Source: Spirochaetales bacterium
Lineage (GTDB): Bacteria; Spirochaetota; Spirochaetia; Treponematales; UBA12059
Assembly (NCBI GenBank): GCA_016928955.1
Contig: JAFGJV010000039.1
Coordinates: 43,744-107,743 of the forward strand
Length of the DNA: 64,000 nt
Reading direction: 5' to 3'
This document shows, one piece after another, positions 20,039 through 29,659 of this stretch. The number at the start of each line of letters is the position of its first letter. Within the stretch, counting starts at the first letter, position 1. The translations under genes were made by a program, and so were the position numbers. The notes beneath the pieces are model-generated. The model saw nothing but the letters and a program-made list of their open reading frames with translations. It did no database searches and was not told where the DNA came from.

Positions 20039-20179
20039 GAATACTCCTCACAGGCCGTAAACGGAGGCTCCCCTGTATACGGCTTCCATAATGTCGACCG
20101 AACGCGGGCGGCGCCAGCTCGCACAGCGCGGGGTTTCAAAAGCCCGCCGGGCCGGACACCATACATCCAATCCCGCGAT

Positions 20180-20208
20180 AAGATAGCCATTGGCCCGGGC
20201 CGGGTCAA
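20180..20208 (-). promoter_or_regulatory. Putative sigma70 promoter of nfu
   Basis: Minus-strand TTGACC-17nt-TATCTT. Confidence 0.5.
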
Positions 20209-20308
20209 GCTGGCTCCGGTGGCAAGGCGCTCGGCTCCACTTCCGGTAGCCCCAAACGTCCGTTCCGTGCTACTATCCAGCCTTGTGAGTCAATCTCGTA
20301 CGTGCATA

Positions 20309-20348
20309 GAGGCTTTTTCAGAAGTCTTCCGGCTTATGAAAACGTTTC
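20309..20348. repeat. Short palindromic repeat, type B
   Basis: GAGGCTTTTTCAGAAGTCTTCCGGCTTATGAAAACGTTTC; 30/40 identical to the reverse complement of 43647-43686. Confidence 0.6.
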
Positions 20349-20376
20349 CACATAGCTCCTCTAGGCGGGGATTTCC

Positions 20377-21132
20377 ATGGCCAGAACCATTGTATTCGTG
20401 AACCAAAAGGGCGGCGTCGGCAAAACCACGTCGGCCATAAACCTGGGCGCCTACCTGGCCCTGTCGGGCAAGCGCGTCCTCCTGGTGGATTTTGACCCCC
20501 AGGCCAACCTCACCAGCGGCGTGGGCGGCACGGCGGGCTCCAGGGGCGCCTATGAGGTCATATCCGGCCAGGCGTCCATGCGGGACGTCATCGTGGGCAC
20601 CAAGGTCAAGGGCCTGTACCTGTCGCCGTCGTCCATCAACCTGTCCGGCGCCACGGTGGAGCTGGTGAACAGGGACGACCGGAACGACTACCTGAAAACG
20701 GCCCTGGCCCAGGTCAAGGACGCCTACGACTACATCCTGATAGACTGCCCTCCGTCCCTGGGCGTGCTCACGCTGAACGGGCTGGCCGCGGCCGACGAGG
20801 TGCTGATTCCCCTGCAGTGCGAGTATTTTGCCCTTGAGGGCCTGTCCCTGATCCTGCAAACCATTCAGCTGGTGCAAAAGAGCATGAACCCCCGACTGCG
20901 CATACTCGGTATCCTCTTTACCATGTACGACTCCCGTACCAAGCTGGCCCAGGACGTGGTCCAGCAGGTGACGTCCTACTTCAAAGACCGCGTGTTCAAC
21001 ACCATCATCCCCCGCAACGTCCGGCTGTCGGAGGCGCCGTCCCACGGCCTGCCGATTTGCCAGTACGACCCCGCCTGCATAGGAGCCAAGAGCTACGAGC
21101 GCCTGGCCACAGAGGTGGCCGCCCGTGGCTAA
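20377..21132 (+). CDS. parA: Chromosome partitioning ATPase ParA/Soj
   Basis: NQKGGVGKTT, DFDPQAN, IDCPPSLG, IPRNVRLSEAPSHG. Confidence 0.95.
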   Translation: MARTIVFVNQKGGVGKTTSAINLGAYLALSGKRVLLVDFDPQANLTSGVGGTAGSRGAYEVISGQASMRDVIVGTKVKGLYLSPSSINLSGATVELVNRDDRNDYLKTALAQVKDAYDYILIDCPPSLGVLTLNGLAAADEVLIPLQCEYFALEGLSLILQTIQLVQKSMNPRLRILGILFTMYDSRTKLAQDVVQQVTSYFKDRVFNTIIPRNVRLSEAPSHGLPICQYDPACIGAKSYERLATEVAARG

Positions 21133-22012
21133 GACCGGACTGGGCAGGGGGCTCGGCGCCCTGATCCCCGAGAGCGCGCTGTCGGCGGCCGACGAGGGCC
21201 AGGGAGGCATCCGGTCCATCCCGATAGCGTCCATAGAGCCGAACCCCGACCAGCCGCGCAAGCTGTTTGACGACGCTTCCCTTGCCGAGCTGGCCGAGTC
21301 CATACGCAGGCACGGCATCATACAGCCGCTGATCGTGGAAGCCATGGACGCCGGACGCTACCGCATCGTGGCCGGCGAGCGGCGCTGGAGAGCGGCGCGC
21401 CTGGCCGGCCTGGCCGACGCTCCGGTCATCGTGCGCGAATTCGGCAAGGAACGCCGCATGGAGGTGGCCCTGGTCGAGAACGTCCAGCGCGAGGACCTCA
21501 ACCCGGTGGACGAGGCCGAGGCCTACCGCCAGCTGATGGAAGCCACCAGCCTGACCCAGGACCAGGTGGCCGAGCGCGTGGGCAAGAGTCGCTCCGCCGT
21601 GGCCAACTCCCTCCGCCTGCTCAACCTGCCCGCCGAGGCCATGGAGGCCGTGCGCTCCGGCGCCGCCAGCGCGGGCCACGCCAGGGCCATCCTGTCGGTG
21701 ACCGATCCCGCCAAACGCGGCCTGCTCCTCAGGCGCGTGGTCAGCGAGGGCATATCCGTGCGCGAGGCGGAAGCCGCGGCCACCGCCCTGAACACCGGCT
21801 CATCCCCGGACGCCGCCAGGAAACCCGCCCCAAAAGCGTCGCCCAAAGCCCACGATCCCGACCTGGCAGCCATCGAGCAGAAACTGATAGACGGCCTGGG
21901 CACCAAGGTGAGCATCAAGGGCGACGCCAAAAAGGGCTCCATCGTTGTGGACTATTATTCCATGGAAGACCTGGAGCGCCTGATCGAGCTGATCACGGGA
22001 GACGCCCCATGA
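21125..22012 (+). CDS. parB: Chromosome partitioning protein ParB/Spo0J
   Basis: GLGRGLGALI, NPDQPRK, AGERRWRA, ENVQREDL, HTH. Confidence 0.95.
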   Translation: MAKTGLGRGLGALIPESALSAADEGQGGIRSIPIASIEPNPDQPRKLFDDASLAELAESIRRHGIIQPLIVEAMDAGRYRIVAGERRWRAARLAGLADAPVIVREFGKERRMEVALVENVQREDLNPVDEAEAYRQLMEATSLTQDQVAERVGKSRSAVANSLRLLNLPAEAMEAVRSGAASAGHARAILSVTDPAKRGLLLRRVVSEGISVREAEAAATALNTGSSPDAARKPAPKASPKAHDPDLAAIEQKLIDGLGTKVSIKGDAKKGSIVVDYYSMEDLERLIELITGDAP

Positions 22013-22707
22013 CAGGGAGGCTGGCCGCCCTTACGTCGGCGGCCGCGTTGCTTGTTGTATCAGCATCGGGAGCCGGCGCTCCCCTGCCTCCGCCCACGGG
22101 AGGCTACGATTACCGGGAAGGCGTGGCGGAAGGCGCCGACCTTGCCAGGCTGGTGGACCGGCCAACACTGATAGATACCCAAACATACGCCTATGACGAC
22201 GAAACCGGCGAACGGCGGATGAGCGGCTGGACGGACGCCCACGCCGTGTACGACCTGCCCCTGTCCGCGTTCATGGCCGTGGCCATCGACTACCAGAACT
22301 ACGCGTCTTACGTGCCCAGGATATTCTCTGCCAGCGTCACCGAGCGCTCGGACGGCCACGCCGTGGTCCGCTTTTACGTGGGCATCAGCTTTCTGGGCGC
22401 CAAGGTGGCGTACGAAACCGTGGAGGAAGTCAGCTGGGAACTGCGGGCCGACGGCACGTTCCTGGCACGCACCCGCTTGGTGGACAGCCTGGACGGCGAG
22501 CTGTTCGAGCACTATACCTCGCTGTACCTGGCCCCCGTGACGGTGGGCGGCGCCACCATGACCTACGTGCGCTATTTCAACCGCCCCGGCGTGAGGAAAC
22601 CCTTCCCGGGCATGGTGACCATATCCAGGATGTTCACGCCCGGCGAGACCAAGGCCCAGATGACTGCCTTGGCCAAAGAGACGGCCAGGCGCCTTTCCCC
22701 ACCGTAA
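22009..22707 (+). CDS. Secreted hypothetical protein, START/SRPBCC-like
   Basis: Signal peptide; DYQNYASYVPRI pattern typical of the SRPBCC fold; overlaps the parB stop. Confidence 0.5.
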   Translation: MTGRLAALTSAAALLVVSASGAGAPLPPPTGGYDYREGVAEGADLARLVDRPTLIDTQTYAYDDETGERRMSGWTDAHAVYDLPLSAFMAVAIDYQNYASYVPRIFSASVTERSDGHAVVRFYVGISFLGAKVAYETVEEVSWELRADGTFLARTRLVDSLDGELFEHYTSLYLAPVTVGGATMTYVRYFNRPGVRKPFPGMVTISRMFTPGETKAQMTALAKETARRLSPP

Positions 22708-22710
22708 GGC

Positions 22711-25700
22711 CTACCACTCGGGCGCCAGCTCAACCTCTCCGGACGAGCGCACCCCCGGGTCCTGTCCCGTCTGCCCGGACACCTGGGCAGGGCCGCCCGT
22801 CATTCCCGGCGACTCTATGCGCTCGGCCAGGTTGGCTATCAGGCTGGAGCCGGGCAGGTCCCTCCGCGCCTCGGCCAAGGCGGCCAGGGCGCCTTTTTCG
22901 TCGCCCAAGCGGAGCAGGGCCGCCACCAGGTTGACGCGGGGAGCGGCGCCCTTTTTGTCTGCGGCTATAGCCTGGCGGAAGGCCGTAGCGGCGCCTTCAT
23001 AGTCGCCAAACTGCATGAGCCGCACGCCATAGCCGTTAAGAGCCGCGCTTTTGGCCACCCCTGACGCCGAATCCGCCGTCCGCCTGAACGATGCGGCGTA
23101 AACGGACTCCAGCGCTTCAAGCGCCCTGCCGGCCAGGTCGCGCGCCTGGGCATCCGACGGCAAGGGCGTTTCTCCCGGCGTTCCGGACAGGGGCAAAGCC
23201 GGGTAGGAAGTCCGCGCCTCCTCAATCGTGGTTATATCCAAGCCCGCGTGTGCCACCTCGGCGCTGCCTTTCTGCCAGGCTTCCGAAAAACCCTTGGACA
23301 GCACGGTGGTCTCTATGGGTATCCACCACACTCCGTCCCGGGCCAGGGCCGCGTAGCGCCCGCCCGGGTCCGCGTAGCGGCCAGGACCGTCCGGCGGGCT
23401 GTCCGCAGCAAAGGCCAGAAACACGTGGCCAGGCGTGGTCAGGATGGCCGTGCGCACCCCGGCGGCTTCCAGGCAGGACGCCAGCAAGGCCGTGGTGTCG
23501 TCACAGTCTCCGCCACCGGACGCCAGGGTCTGCCGGGGCAGACGTACGGTGTCCACGGGGTAGGAACCGGCGGCCGCCCTGCTGAACGGCGAGCTGGGGT
23601 CCTCCGCGTACACCAAGCCCCTGGCGCCCAGGGCCGTGATGATGGCAAAAGCGCGGGAGAAAGCCCGGTCAAAAAGCGGTGGGGGATTCAAGGCCAGGGC
23701 TCCGTGGGCAAAGGCGACAATAGTGTCGTCGTTCGGCGTGACGAAGGCTGCCAGGGCCGCCGTATCCTCCCAGGTGAGCGCCGACCGGGAACGGAAGGTC
23801 ACCGGCGCCTGGGTCCGGCCATCCGCGCCGGCGGACACAACGGACACGGAGGCCTGCACGGTCACGTCTTCCCGGAACTCCAGGATGAAACGGTTCAGGA
23901 TCAAGGTAACGGGCACGTCCACGGAGGCGCCGGGAGCCAGAGAGCCGGCCACATCTATCTCAGCCGGGTAGTCCAGCACGTCCCGCATGGCCACGGTGAC
24001 GCGCATGCCGGACACGGCCGCCGATCCTGTGTTTTTGATCCGGACGCTGCCAATGGGCACGGTTCTGTACCGTTCCATAAAAGCCGGGAACACGGGCCCC
24101 AGCTTGGCCTCAACGGCCAGAGTGGAAGGCCGCACGGGCACGGTGCCCGCCTCCTTCTGGCGGAAGGCGTCGCCAAGGGCGGACATGGCCGCCGCCACGT
24201 CCCGGTCCCCGGGATGGTCGCCCAGGTATTTCTCCAGTAGGCGCATGGCGTTCTGGTAGGCGGCACGGGCCGTCTCGGCGCCGTAGCGCGACAGCGGCTC
24301 GTACACGGCCGCGGCCGCATTGAGGGCGGCCACGCGCTCAAAGCCCCCCGACAGCTCGGCCAACCTGGCAGAGTTGCTGGCGTCGCTTGGGAAGGCCCCC
24401 GCCATGGCCTGGCGCAGGGTCAGCTCGACCAGGGCAAAGCCTGCGTCCTGGAACAGATCCGCTCGGCGCGCATATGCCTTCACGTCGTCTGGGTTGGCGC
24501 GTACCGCCGCGTTCAGCTCGCGCGCCCGGCCCAGAACGTCAGCAAGGCCGGGGTCGACTGAACGCCTGACGGCGGCTATGGACGCGTCGTCGTCATAGCG
24601 GGTCAGCGTGAAACCGTTGGCCGAAAAGGCCAGATACAGCTCTCCGTACCGTCCCACGGCGCTGCTCCACACCGTGCCCTGAACCAGAGGATCGGCCTGG
24701 GGCGTAAATTGGTCCAGCTTCCACAGGGGCAAACCAAAACGATCAAAAGACATGAGGCCTGTCCTGGACGCCAGCACGAATTCCGAGCCCCGGACAAACA
24801 CGCGGTCTGGCGCCAACGATGTTCCGGCCGGCATGATGAGACGCAGAACCTGGAGGAGCGAGCCGTCCTGGCCGTGACAGCGCATGAATCCCGACACCAG
24901 GTCGTACGACCACATCCGGCCGTCCTCGTCAAAATCCAGCGGAGCCACGCTGAGCGGGGCCGGGCCTTCCAGCTTCAGCGCGGTCTTGCGGCGCCCCTGG
25001 ACCTTCACGTAGGCCATGGGCGTGTATTCCTGGTACACGATGGCGCCTCCAGCGTCCAGGTTGATGCTGGGCGGCAGGGGCTGCAGCTGGGTCGTTTTCT
25101 TGAAGGCGTCTTCACCGGGAGCCCTGGTCCACACGTCGCCCGTGGCGGTTACGCCCGTTACCGTGCCGGACAGCGTCGAGTCCAGAAGGTAGAAGTATTG
25201 ATACGGCGCCGCCGGGTCGACGACATAGCGCTCACGCACGGCCAGCCTGGCGTCGAATTCGGCCAGGAAGCCCACGCCGGACAACATGATGCCGCCGGCA
25301 GGCAGGGCCGTCACGGAACCATAGGTCTGCGGATAGCTCGGATCTATGCCCAGGGCCACCCTGCAGCTGCCGGAATTCAGCTCGAGGGTGGGCTCGGGAG
25401 CCTTGCCCCGCCAGTCGTCGGCCAGACCCGCCGCGCGGGCCCAGAGGGAGAACACCAAGGGCGGAAGGAAGGCGTCCAGTTCGGACACCTCGTTCCACTG
25501 TATGGTCACCGTTTCCTTAAGCCCGGCCCCGGATCTGCCCGTGAGAACGGCCATCCGCGGATTGTCCACGAACGCGACTTCCAGCTTGAGGCTGCCCGAC
25601 GCCCCGGGAAAGAACGCCTGGTAGCGCTCCCGGGACAGCCTGATGGCCGTCTCAACCAAGGCCTTGGCCTGGCTCTCGGACAGACCGGTTTCCGGGGCGG

Positions 25701-25806
25701 CGTATATCCTGTCGACGCGTATGTCCGCTTCGTCAGCGTGAAGGACCGCGTGGCCGGACAAACATAAAAGGGCCGCAAAAACGGCAAGCGCTCTTCTTCC
25801 ACTCAT
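22711..25806 (-). CDS. Large secreted protein: probable beta-propeller, TPR-like helices, Ig/CARDB-like and transglutaminase-like domain
   Basis: Signal peptide; GGGDCDD...PGHVF...PIETT (Cys-His-Glu); VRIKNTG Ig-like segment; C-terminal TPR (ALNGYGV...AFRQAIAAD). Confidence 0.7.
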   Translation of the reverse strand: MSGRRALAVFAALLCLSGHAVLHADEADIRVDRIYAAPETGLSESQAKALVETAIRLSRERYQAFFPGASGSLKLEVAFVDNPRMAVLTGRSGAGLKETVTIQWNEVSELDAFLPPLVFSLWARAAGLADDWRGKAPEPTLELNSGSCRVALGIDPSYPQTYGSVTALPAGGIMLSGVGFLAEFDARLAVRERYVVDPAAPYQYFYLLDSTLSGTVTGVTATGDVWTRAPGEDAFKKTTQLQPLPPSINLDAGGAIVYQEYTPMAYVKVQGRRKTALKLEGPAPLSVAPLDFDEDGRMWSYDLVSGFMRCHGQDGSLLQVLRLIMPAGTSLAPDRVFVRGSEFVLASRTGLMSFDRFGLPLWKLDQFTPQADPLVQGTVWSSAVGRYGELYLAFSANGFTLTRYDDDASIAAVRRSVDPGLADVLGRARELNAAVRANPDDVKAYARRADLFQDAGFALVELTLRQAMAGAFPSDASNSARLAELSGGFERVAALNAAAAVYEPLSRYGAETARAAYQNAMRLLEKYLGDHPGDRDVAAAMSALGDAFRQKEAGTVPVRPSTLAVEAKLGPVFPAFMERYRTVPIGSVRIKNTGSAAVSGMRVTVAMRDVLDYPAEIDVAGSLAPGASVDVPVTLILNRFILEFREDVTVQASVSVVSAGADGRTQAPVTFRSRSALTWEDTAALAAFVTPNDDTIVAFAHGALALNPPPLFDRAFSRAFAIITALGARGLVYAEDPSSPFSRAAAGSYPVDTVRLPRQTLASGGGDCDDTTALLASCLEAAGVRTAILTTPGHVFLAFAADSPPDGPGRYADPGGRYAALARDGVWWIPIETTVLSKGFSEAWQKGSAEVAHAGLDITTIEEARTSYPALPLSGTPGETPLPSDAQARDLAGRALEALESVYAASFRRTADSASGVAKSAALNGYGVRLMQFGDYEGAATAFRQAIAADKKGAAPRVNLVAALLRLGDEKGALAALAEARRDLPGSSLIANLAERIESPGMTGGPAQVSGQTGQDPGVRSSGEVELAPEW

Positions 25807-25869
25807 GCCACAAGTATAGGATCCTGAAAGCTTCCCGAAAAGACCAAGCCCCTGCGGTATATTCTTGCC

Positions 25870-27474
25870 ATGAGTAGCACGTTCAGATCCCTATACATCC
25901 GCATGGCCGCGTGCCTTGCCCTCTCGGCCCTGCTCCTTGCCTCCTGCGCCACGTCCAGTGGTTCAGCATATGATCGCTCCGTGTCTGGCGACGGAAGCGC
26001 GGCGGCAATGGCCGCCCAGGCCAAGCAAGATGACGATGACAACTCGTCATGGGACGACGACGATGACGACGACAGCGGCTGGTCCTGGGACGGTGATTCG
26101 TCTTCGAGCACGACCATTGTCATAGACTTGACGCCCCGGGGGACCCTGACCATACAGGGTGCGCCTGCAGGATCGTCGGTTTTTGTGAACGGTTCGTACG
26201 TGGGTGCCGTGTACGATTTCGGCCCCGTTGCCTGGACGCTTGCCTCAGGCTGGAGCCAGGTCCGCGTGGAGTGCTTTGGCTACGACACGTGGACGGGCGC
26301 CGTGGAGATACCGGCCTACGGCGGAGTGGAGGTGAACGCCTATCTGCCGCCCCTGCCATTCGGCCTTGAAGGCAACGACGCCCCGCTCCGCTTTGACCCA
26401 AAGCGGCCCGGCGCCCTGGCCCGAGCCTCCTCCCTGTTCCGCGCCACGGCTCCGGGACGGGCTGAGGCCAGGGTGGTGGACATGGCAGGCCAGACCGTGC
26501 GCGATCTAGGCGAGCTGAGCGTGGACGGCCCGGCCATACGCGTGGTGTGGGACGGGAGGGACGACCAGGGCGCCCTTGTGTCCGGCGGCCCGTACCTCAT
26601 CGTCCTGGACGGCCGGGGACAAGACGGGACCTGGGCCAGCGCGGCGGCCGCCGTGGAAATCGCCGACCTGCCTCCGGTCACCGCGTCCACCTTGCACGGC
26701 GGTTTTTCCGGAGCCCTCCTGGCCGCGGACGCATCCGCCCTGCCTGAAGGTTTTTTCCAGCTGTCCGCCGGCGCGTACGCCTTCCCGTCATCGGCCGCTG
26801 GCGGCGTGCAGGCCAGGATACCCGCCTGGCTTGGTTTCCGCCTGGGGCTTCCCTGGCTCGGAGCCGCCGAGCTGGTAGCGTCGGCCATGTACGTGTCGTA
26901 TCCCGGCTACGAGCTGGCCTATGACCCGTCCAGCATATCCTTGGCGGCCAGCCTGAAAGGCGTGATGGCCGGATCGGGCGACCTGAAGTCGGCCATACTC
27001 GTGCGCGCCGCCGTGGCCAGCTTTGTGGATGAAGCAAGCTCGGGCTGGCCCCCGTCCTGGGACGGCCCTGCCCGTTTCCCCGGCGCGGGCCTTGGCCTGG
27101 TGCTGGAATACGCTCCCGGGGCCGGCCGCGTGTTCCTGAACGCCGGCGTGGACGCGTCCACCTTCTACCCGGGCTGGGATGACGGCGTGTGGCCAGTGCC
27201 CGGAATCTACTCCTGGGCGAGCCTCAGGCTTGGCGCCGAAGGTACGGTCCAGCTGGGAGCGGCCGGACAGCTGACCCTGGCCGCTTCGGCGGCGGCGCGG
27301 ACGGAACCCTTTGGTGCGGCCTTTGGCCTGCGGCCGCCCCTGTCTCTGGCCGGAGAAGCCGCCTGGTATCCCGCCGGATCGCCCTTTGTCATACACGCCA
27401 TGATGGCCGGCGAGTGGGACAACTTCACCTCCTGGTACCTGGCCGGAGGCCTCGGGCTGTCTATCATGATGTGA
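25870..27474 (+). CDS. Lipoprotein with PEGA and FlgD-Ig-like domains and beta-rich C-terminus
   Basis: LLASC lipobox; Asp-rich linker; PAGSSVFVNGSYVG (PEGA); VVWDGRDDQG...GPY (FlgD Ig). Confidence 0.7.
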   Translation: MSSTFRSLYIRMAACLALSALLLASCATSSGSAYDRSVSGDGSAAAMAAQAKQDDDDNSSWDDDDDDDSGWSWDGDSSSSTTIVIDLTPRGTLTIQGAPAGSSVFVNGSYVGAVYDFGPVAWTLASGWSQVRVECFGYDTWTGAVEIPAYGGVEVNAYLPPLPFGLEGNDAPLRFDPKRPGALARASSLFRATAPGRAEARVVDMAGQTVRDLGELSVDGPAIRVVWDGRDDQGALVSGGPYLIVLDGRGQDGTWASAAAAVEIADLPPVTASTLHGGFSGALLAADASALPEGFFQLSAGAYAFPSSAAGGVQARIPAWLGFRLGLPWLGAAELVASAMYVSYPGYELAYDPSSISLAASLKGVMAGSGDLKSAILVRAAVASFVDEASSGWPPSWDGPARFPGAGLGLVLEYAPGAGRVFLNAGVDASTFYPGWDDGVWPVPGIYSWASLRLGAEGTVQLGAAGQLTLAASAAARTEPFGAAFGLRPPLSLAGEAAWYPAGSPFVIHAMMAGEWDNFTSWYLAGGLGLSIMM

Positions 27475-27490
27475 GGATGCCCGACCTCGC

Positions 27491-27519
27491 TTGACGGTCC
27501 ATCCCAAAACGGCTACTGT
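27491..27519 (+). promoter_or_regulatory. Putative sigma70 promoter of eno
   Basis: TTGACG-17nt-TACTGT. Confidence 0.5.
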
Positions 27520-27629
27520 TTCTCCATACTGAATCGGCCTCGAAGCGCTCGCGCGTCGGGGCCGTAACCATCCTAGCATAGCGCCGCCGTCCGGGCGGCG
27601 TCGCACCGATTTCCGGAAGGAGTCACCCA

Positions 27630-28928
27630 ATGAGCATTATCGAATACGTTGAGGCGCGCGAAATCCTCGATTCCCGCGGCAATCCCACCGTGGAAGTGGA
27701 AGTCATCCTGGAAGACGGGACCATGGGCCGGGCGGCCGTGCCGTCAGGAGCGTCCACCGGCGAGCACGAGGCCGTGGAGCTGCGCGACGGCGACAAAAAG
27801 CGCTACCTGGGCAAGGGCGTCCTCAAGGCCGTGGAGAACGTGAACAACATCATAGCCGGGGAGCTGTGCGGGCTGGACTCCACGGAGCAGGTGGACATAG
27901 ACCGCACCCTGATCGACCTGGACGGCACCCCCAACAAGGGCAAGCTCGGCGCCAACGCCATCCTGGGCGTGTCCATGGCCTGCGCCCGCGCCGCGGCCAG
28001 CTACCTGGACATGCCCCTGTACAAGTACCTGGGCGGAGCCCACACCACGCTCCTGCCCGTGCCCATGGCCAACATCATCAACGGCGGCAAGCACGCAGAC
28101 AACAAGGTCGACTTCCAGGAGTTCATGGTCATGCCCGTTGGCGCGGAGAGCTTCCGCGAGGCCGTGCGCATGACCGCCGAGGTTTTCCACAACCTCAAGT
28201 CCATCCTGAAGGCCGACGGGCACAATACCAGCGTGGGCGACGAGGGCGGATTTGCCCCGAACATAGGCAACGACGACGCCCTGGACTACATCATGAAGGC
28301 CATAGAGAAGGCCGGCTACAGGCCCGGAGAGCAGGTGGCCATAGCCCTGGACTGCGCCAGCTCCGAGCTCTTTGACGAGGGCGAGCGCAAGGGGTACAAG
28401 TTCTGGAAATCCAATCCCGGCAAGCTTTTCAGCGCTGACGAGCTCATCGAGATGTACACCAAGTGGGTGAACAAGTACCCCATCGTGTCCATCGAGGACG
28501 GACTCGATCAGAACGACTGGGAAGGTTACGTCAAGATGACCAAGGCCCTGGGCGGCAAGATCCAGATCATGGGCGACGACTTCTTTGTCACCAACACCGA
28601 GCGCCTGTCCAAGGGCATAGCCATGGGCGCCTGCAACTCCATCCTGATCAAGCTGAACCAGATCGGCACGGTCACGGAGACCATCGAGTGCATCGAGATG
28701 GCCAAGCGCGCCGGCTACACCGCCGTGGTGTCCCACCGCTCAGGCGAAACAGAGGATACCTTCCTGGCCGACCTCACCGTGGCGCGGGAAACCGGCCAGA
28801 TCAAGACCGGCTCCATGAGCCGCACGGACCGCGTGTGCAAGTACAACCAGCTCATGCGCATAGAGGACGAGATGGAAGGCATTGCCGAGTACATCGGCAA
28901 GGACGTCTTCTACAACGTGAAAAAGTAA
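27630..28928 (+). CDS. eno: Enolase
   Basis: [40 protein letters not shown]. Confidence 0.98.
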   Translation: MSIIEYVEAREILDSRGNPTVEVEVILEDGTMGRAAVPSGASTGEHEAVELRDGDKKRYLGKGVLKAVENVNNIIAGELCGLDSTEQVDIDRTLIDLDGTPNKGKLGANAILGVSMACARAAASYLDMPLYKYLGGAHTTLLPVPMANIINGGKHADNKVDFQEFMVMPVGAESFREAVRMTAEVFHNLKSILKADGHNTSVGDEGGFAPNIGNDDALDYIMKAIEKAGYRPGEQVAIALDCASSELFDEGERKGYKFWKSNPGKLFSADELIEMYTKWVNKYPIVSIEDGLDQNDWEGYVKMTKALGGKIQIMGDDFFVTNTERLSKGIAMGACNSILIKLNQIGTVTETIECIEMAKRAGYTAVVSHRSGETEDTFLADLTVARETGQIKTGSMSRTDRVCKYNQLMRIEDEMEGIAEYIGKDVFYNVKK

Positions 28929-28946
28929 GAGCTCCCGGCATGCATG

Positions 28947-28977
28947 ACGGGCCGCCCGATCGGGCGGCCCGTTTTTT
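28947..28977 (+). terminator. Rho-independent terminator of eno
   Basis: Perfect palindrome ACGGGCCGCCCGATCGGGCGGCCCGT followed by T-run; abuts the stop of the convergent gene. Confidence 0.85.
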
Positions 28978-29512
28978 AAAACAGCGATACCTCTCCCTCG
29001 TCCAAGGCGGCATCGGCAGCTCCGGACGGCTCGCTCAGTTCCAGGAACCCCTCATACTCGCCCTGGAACTCCACATCCAGCCGGCCGGAAGCGCTCGCAA
29101 AGCCCATCCGCCTGGCCAGCTTGGGGTGCTGGGGAAAGTAGTGCATCTTCTTGCCCTCAAGCACCACGGGCGTGCCCAGGTTGATGTCCAAGCCGGAGCC
29201 GGCGAGTTTTTTCTTGATCCTGCCCAACAGCTGGTTGGCCAGCTCTCCCGACCAGTCGGCCAGGCGCTCGACGCTCGGTTCTCCGGCGGCTATCTGGCTG
29301 GGCAAGCTCGCGCGCGCCAGGGCCGGATCCAGGGCGATGATGAGGGCGCCGTGCAGGCGCGCGTGCGTGTAGCCGATGGTGGCCACAAAAATGGTGTCCT
29401 GCAAATCACGCTCGTCTATCACATCTTCAAGGACGACGCCGTACGCGCCGAACAAATCCTTGCTCGCGCCGCGCACCACGGCGTCCAGTCGGGCCAGCGA
29501 ATCCTTGTCCAC
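28976..29512 (-). CDS. CheX-like chemotaxis phosphatase
   Basis: DWSGELANQLLG (ExxN) and LGTPVVLEG; GTG after GGAGG. Confidence 0.72.
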   Translation of the reverse strand: MDKDSLARLDAVVRGASKDLFGAYGVVLEDVIDERDLQDTIFVATIGYTHARLHGALIIALDPALARASLPSQIAAGEPSVERLADWSGELANQLLGRIKKKLAGSGLDINLGTPVVLEGKKMHYFPQHPKLARRMGFASASGRLDVEFQGEYEGFLELSEPSGAADAALDEGEVSLF

Positions 29513-29659
29513 GGCAGACCTCCATCGTCGCACAAACGGGCCATAAGCCACCCGCGGGCGCGTCCACGGTAAAACCGTACAGCATCGGCCGGGCAAAAGC
29601 AAACCGGGAGCATGCGCTCCCGGCCGCCGTCATGATCGCTGGCTGCCGCCGTTTAGGGC

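Noticed and set aside
20330-20360. parS site or replication origin near parAB
   Set aside because: No good match to TGTTTCACGTGAAACA; the symmetry belongs to the type B repeat; no DnaA-box cluster or dnaA seen
26030-26100. GAC/GAT trinucleotide run as a tandem repeat or contingency locus
   Set aside because: Imperfect, in-frame; simply encodes an Asp-rich linker
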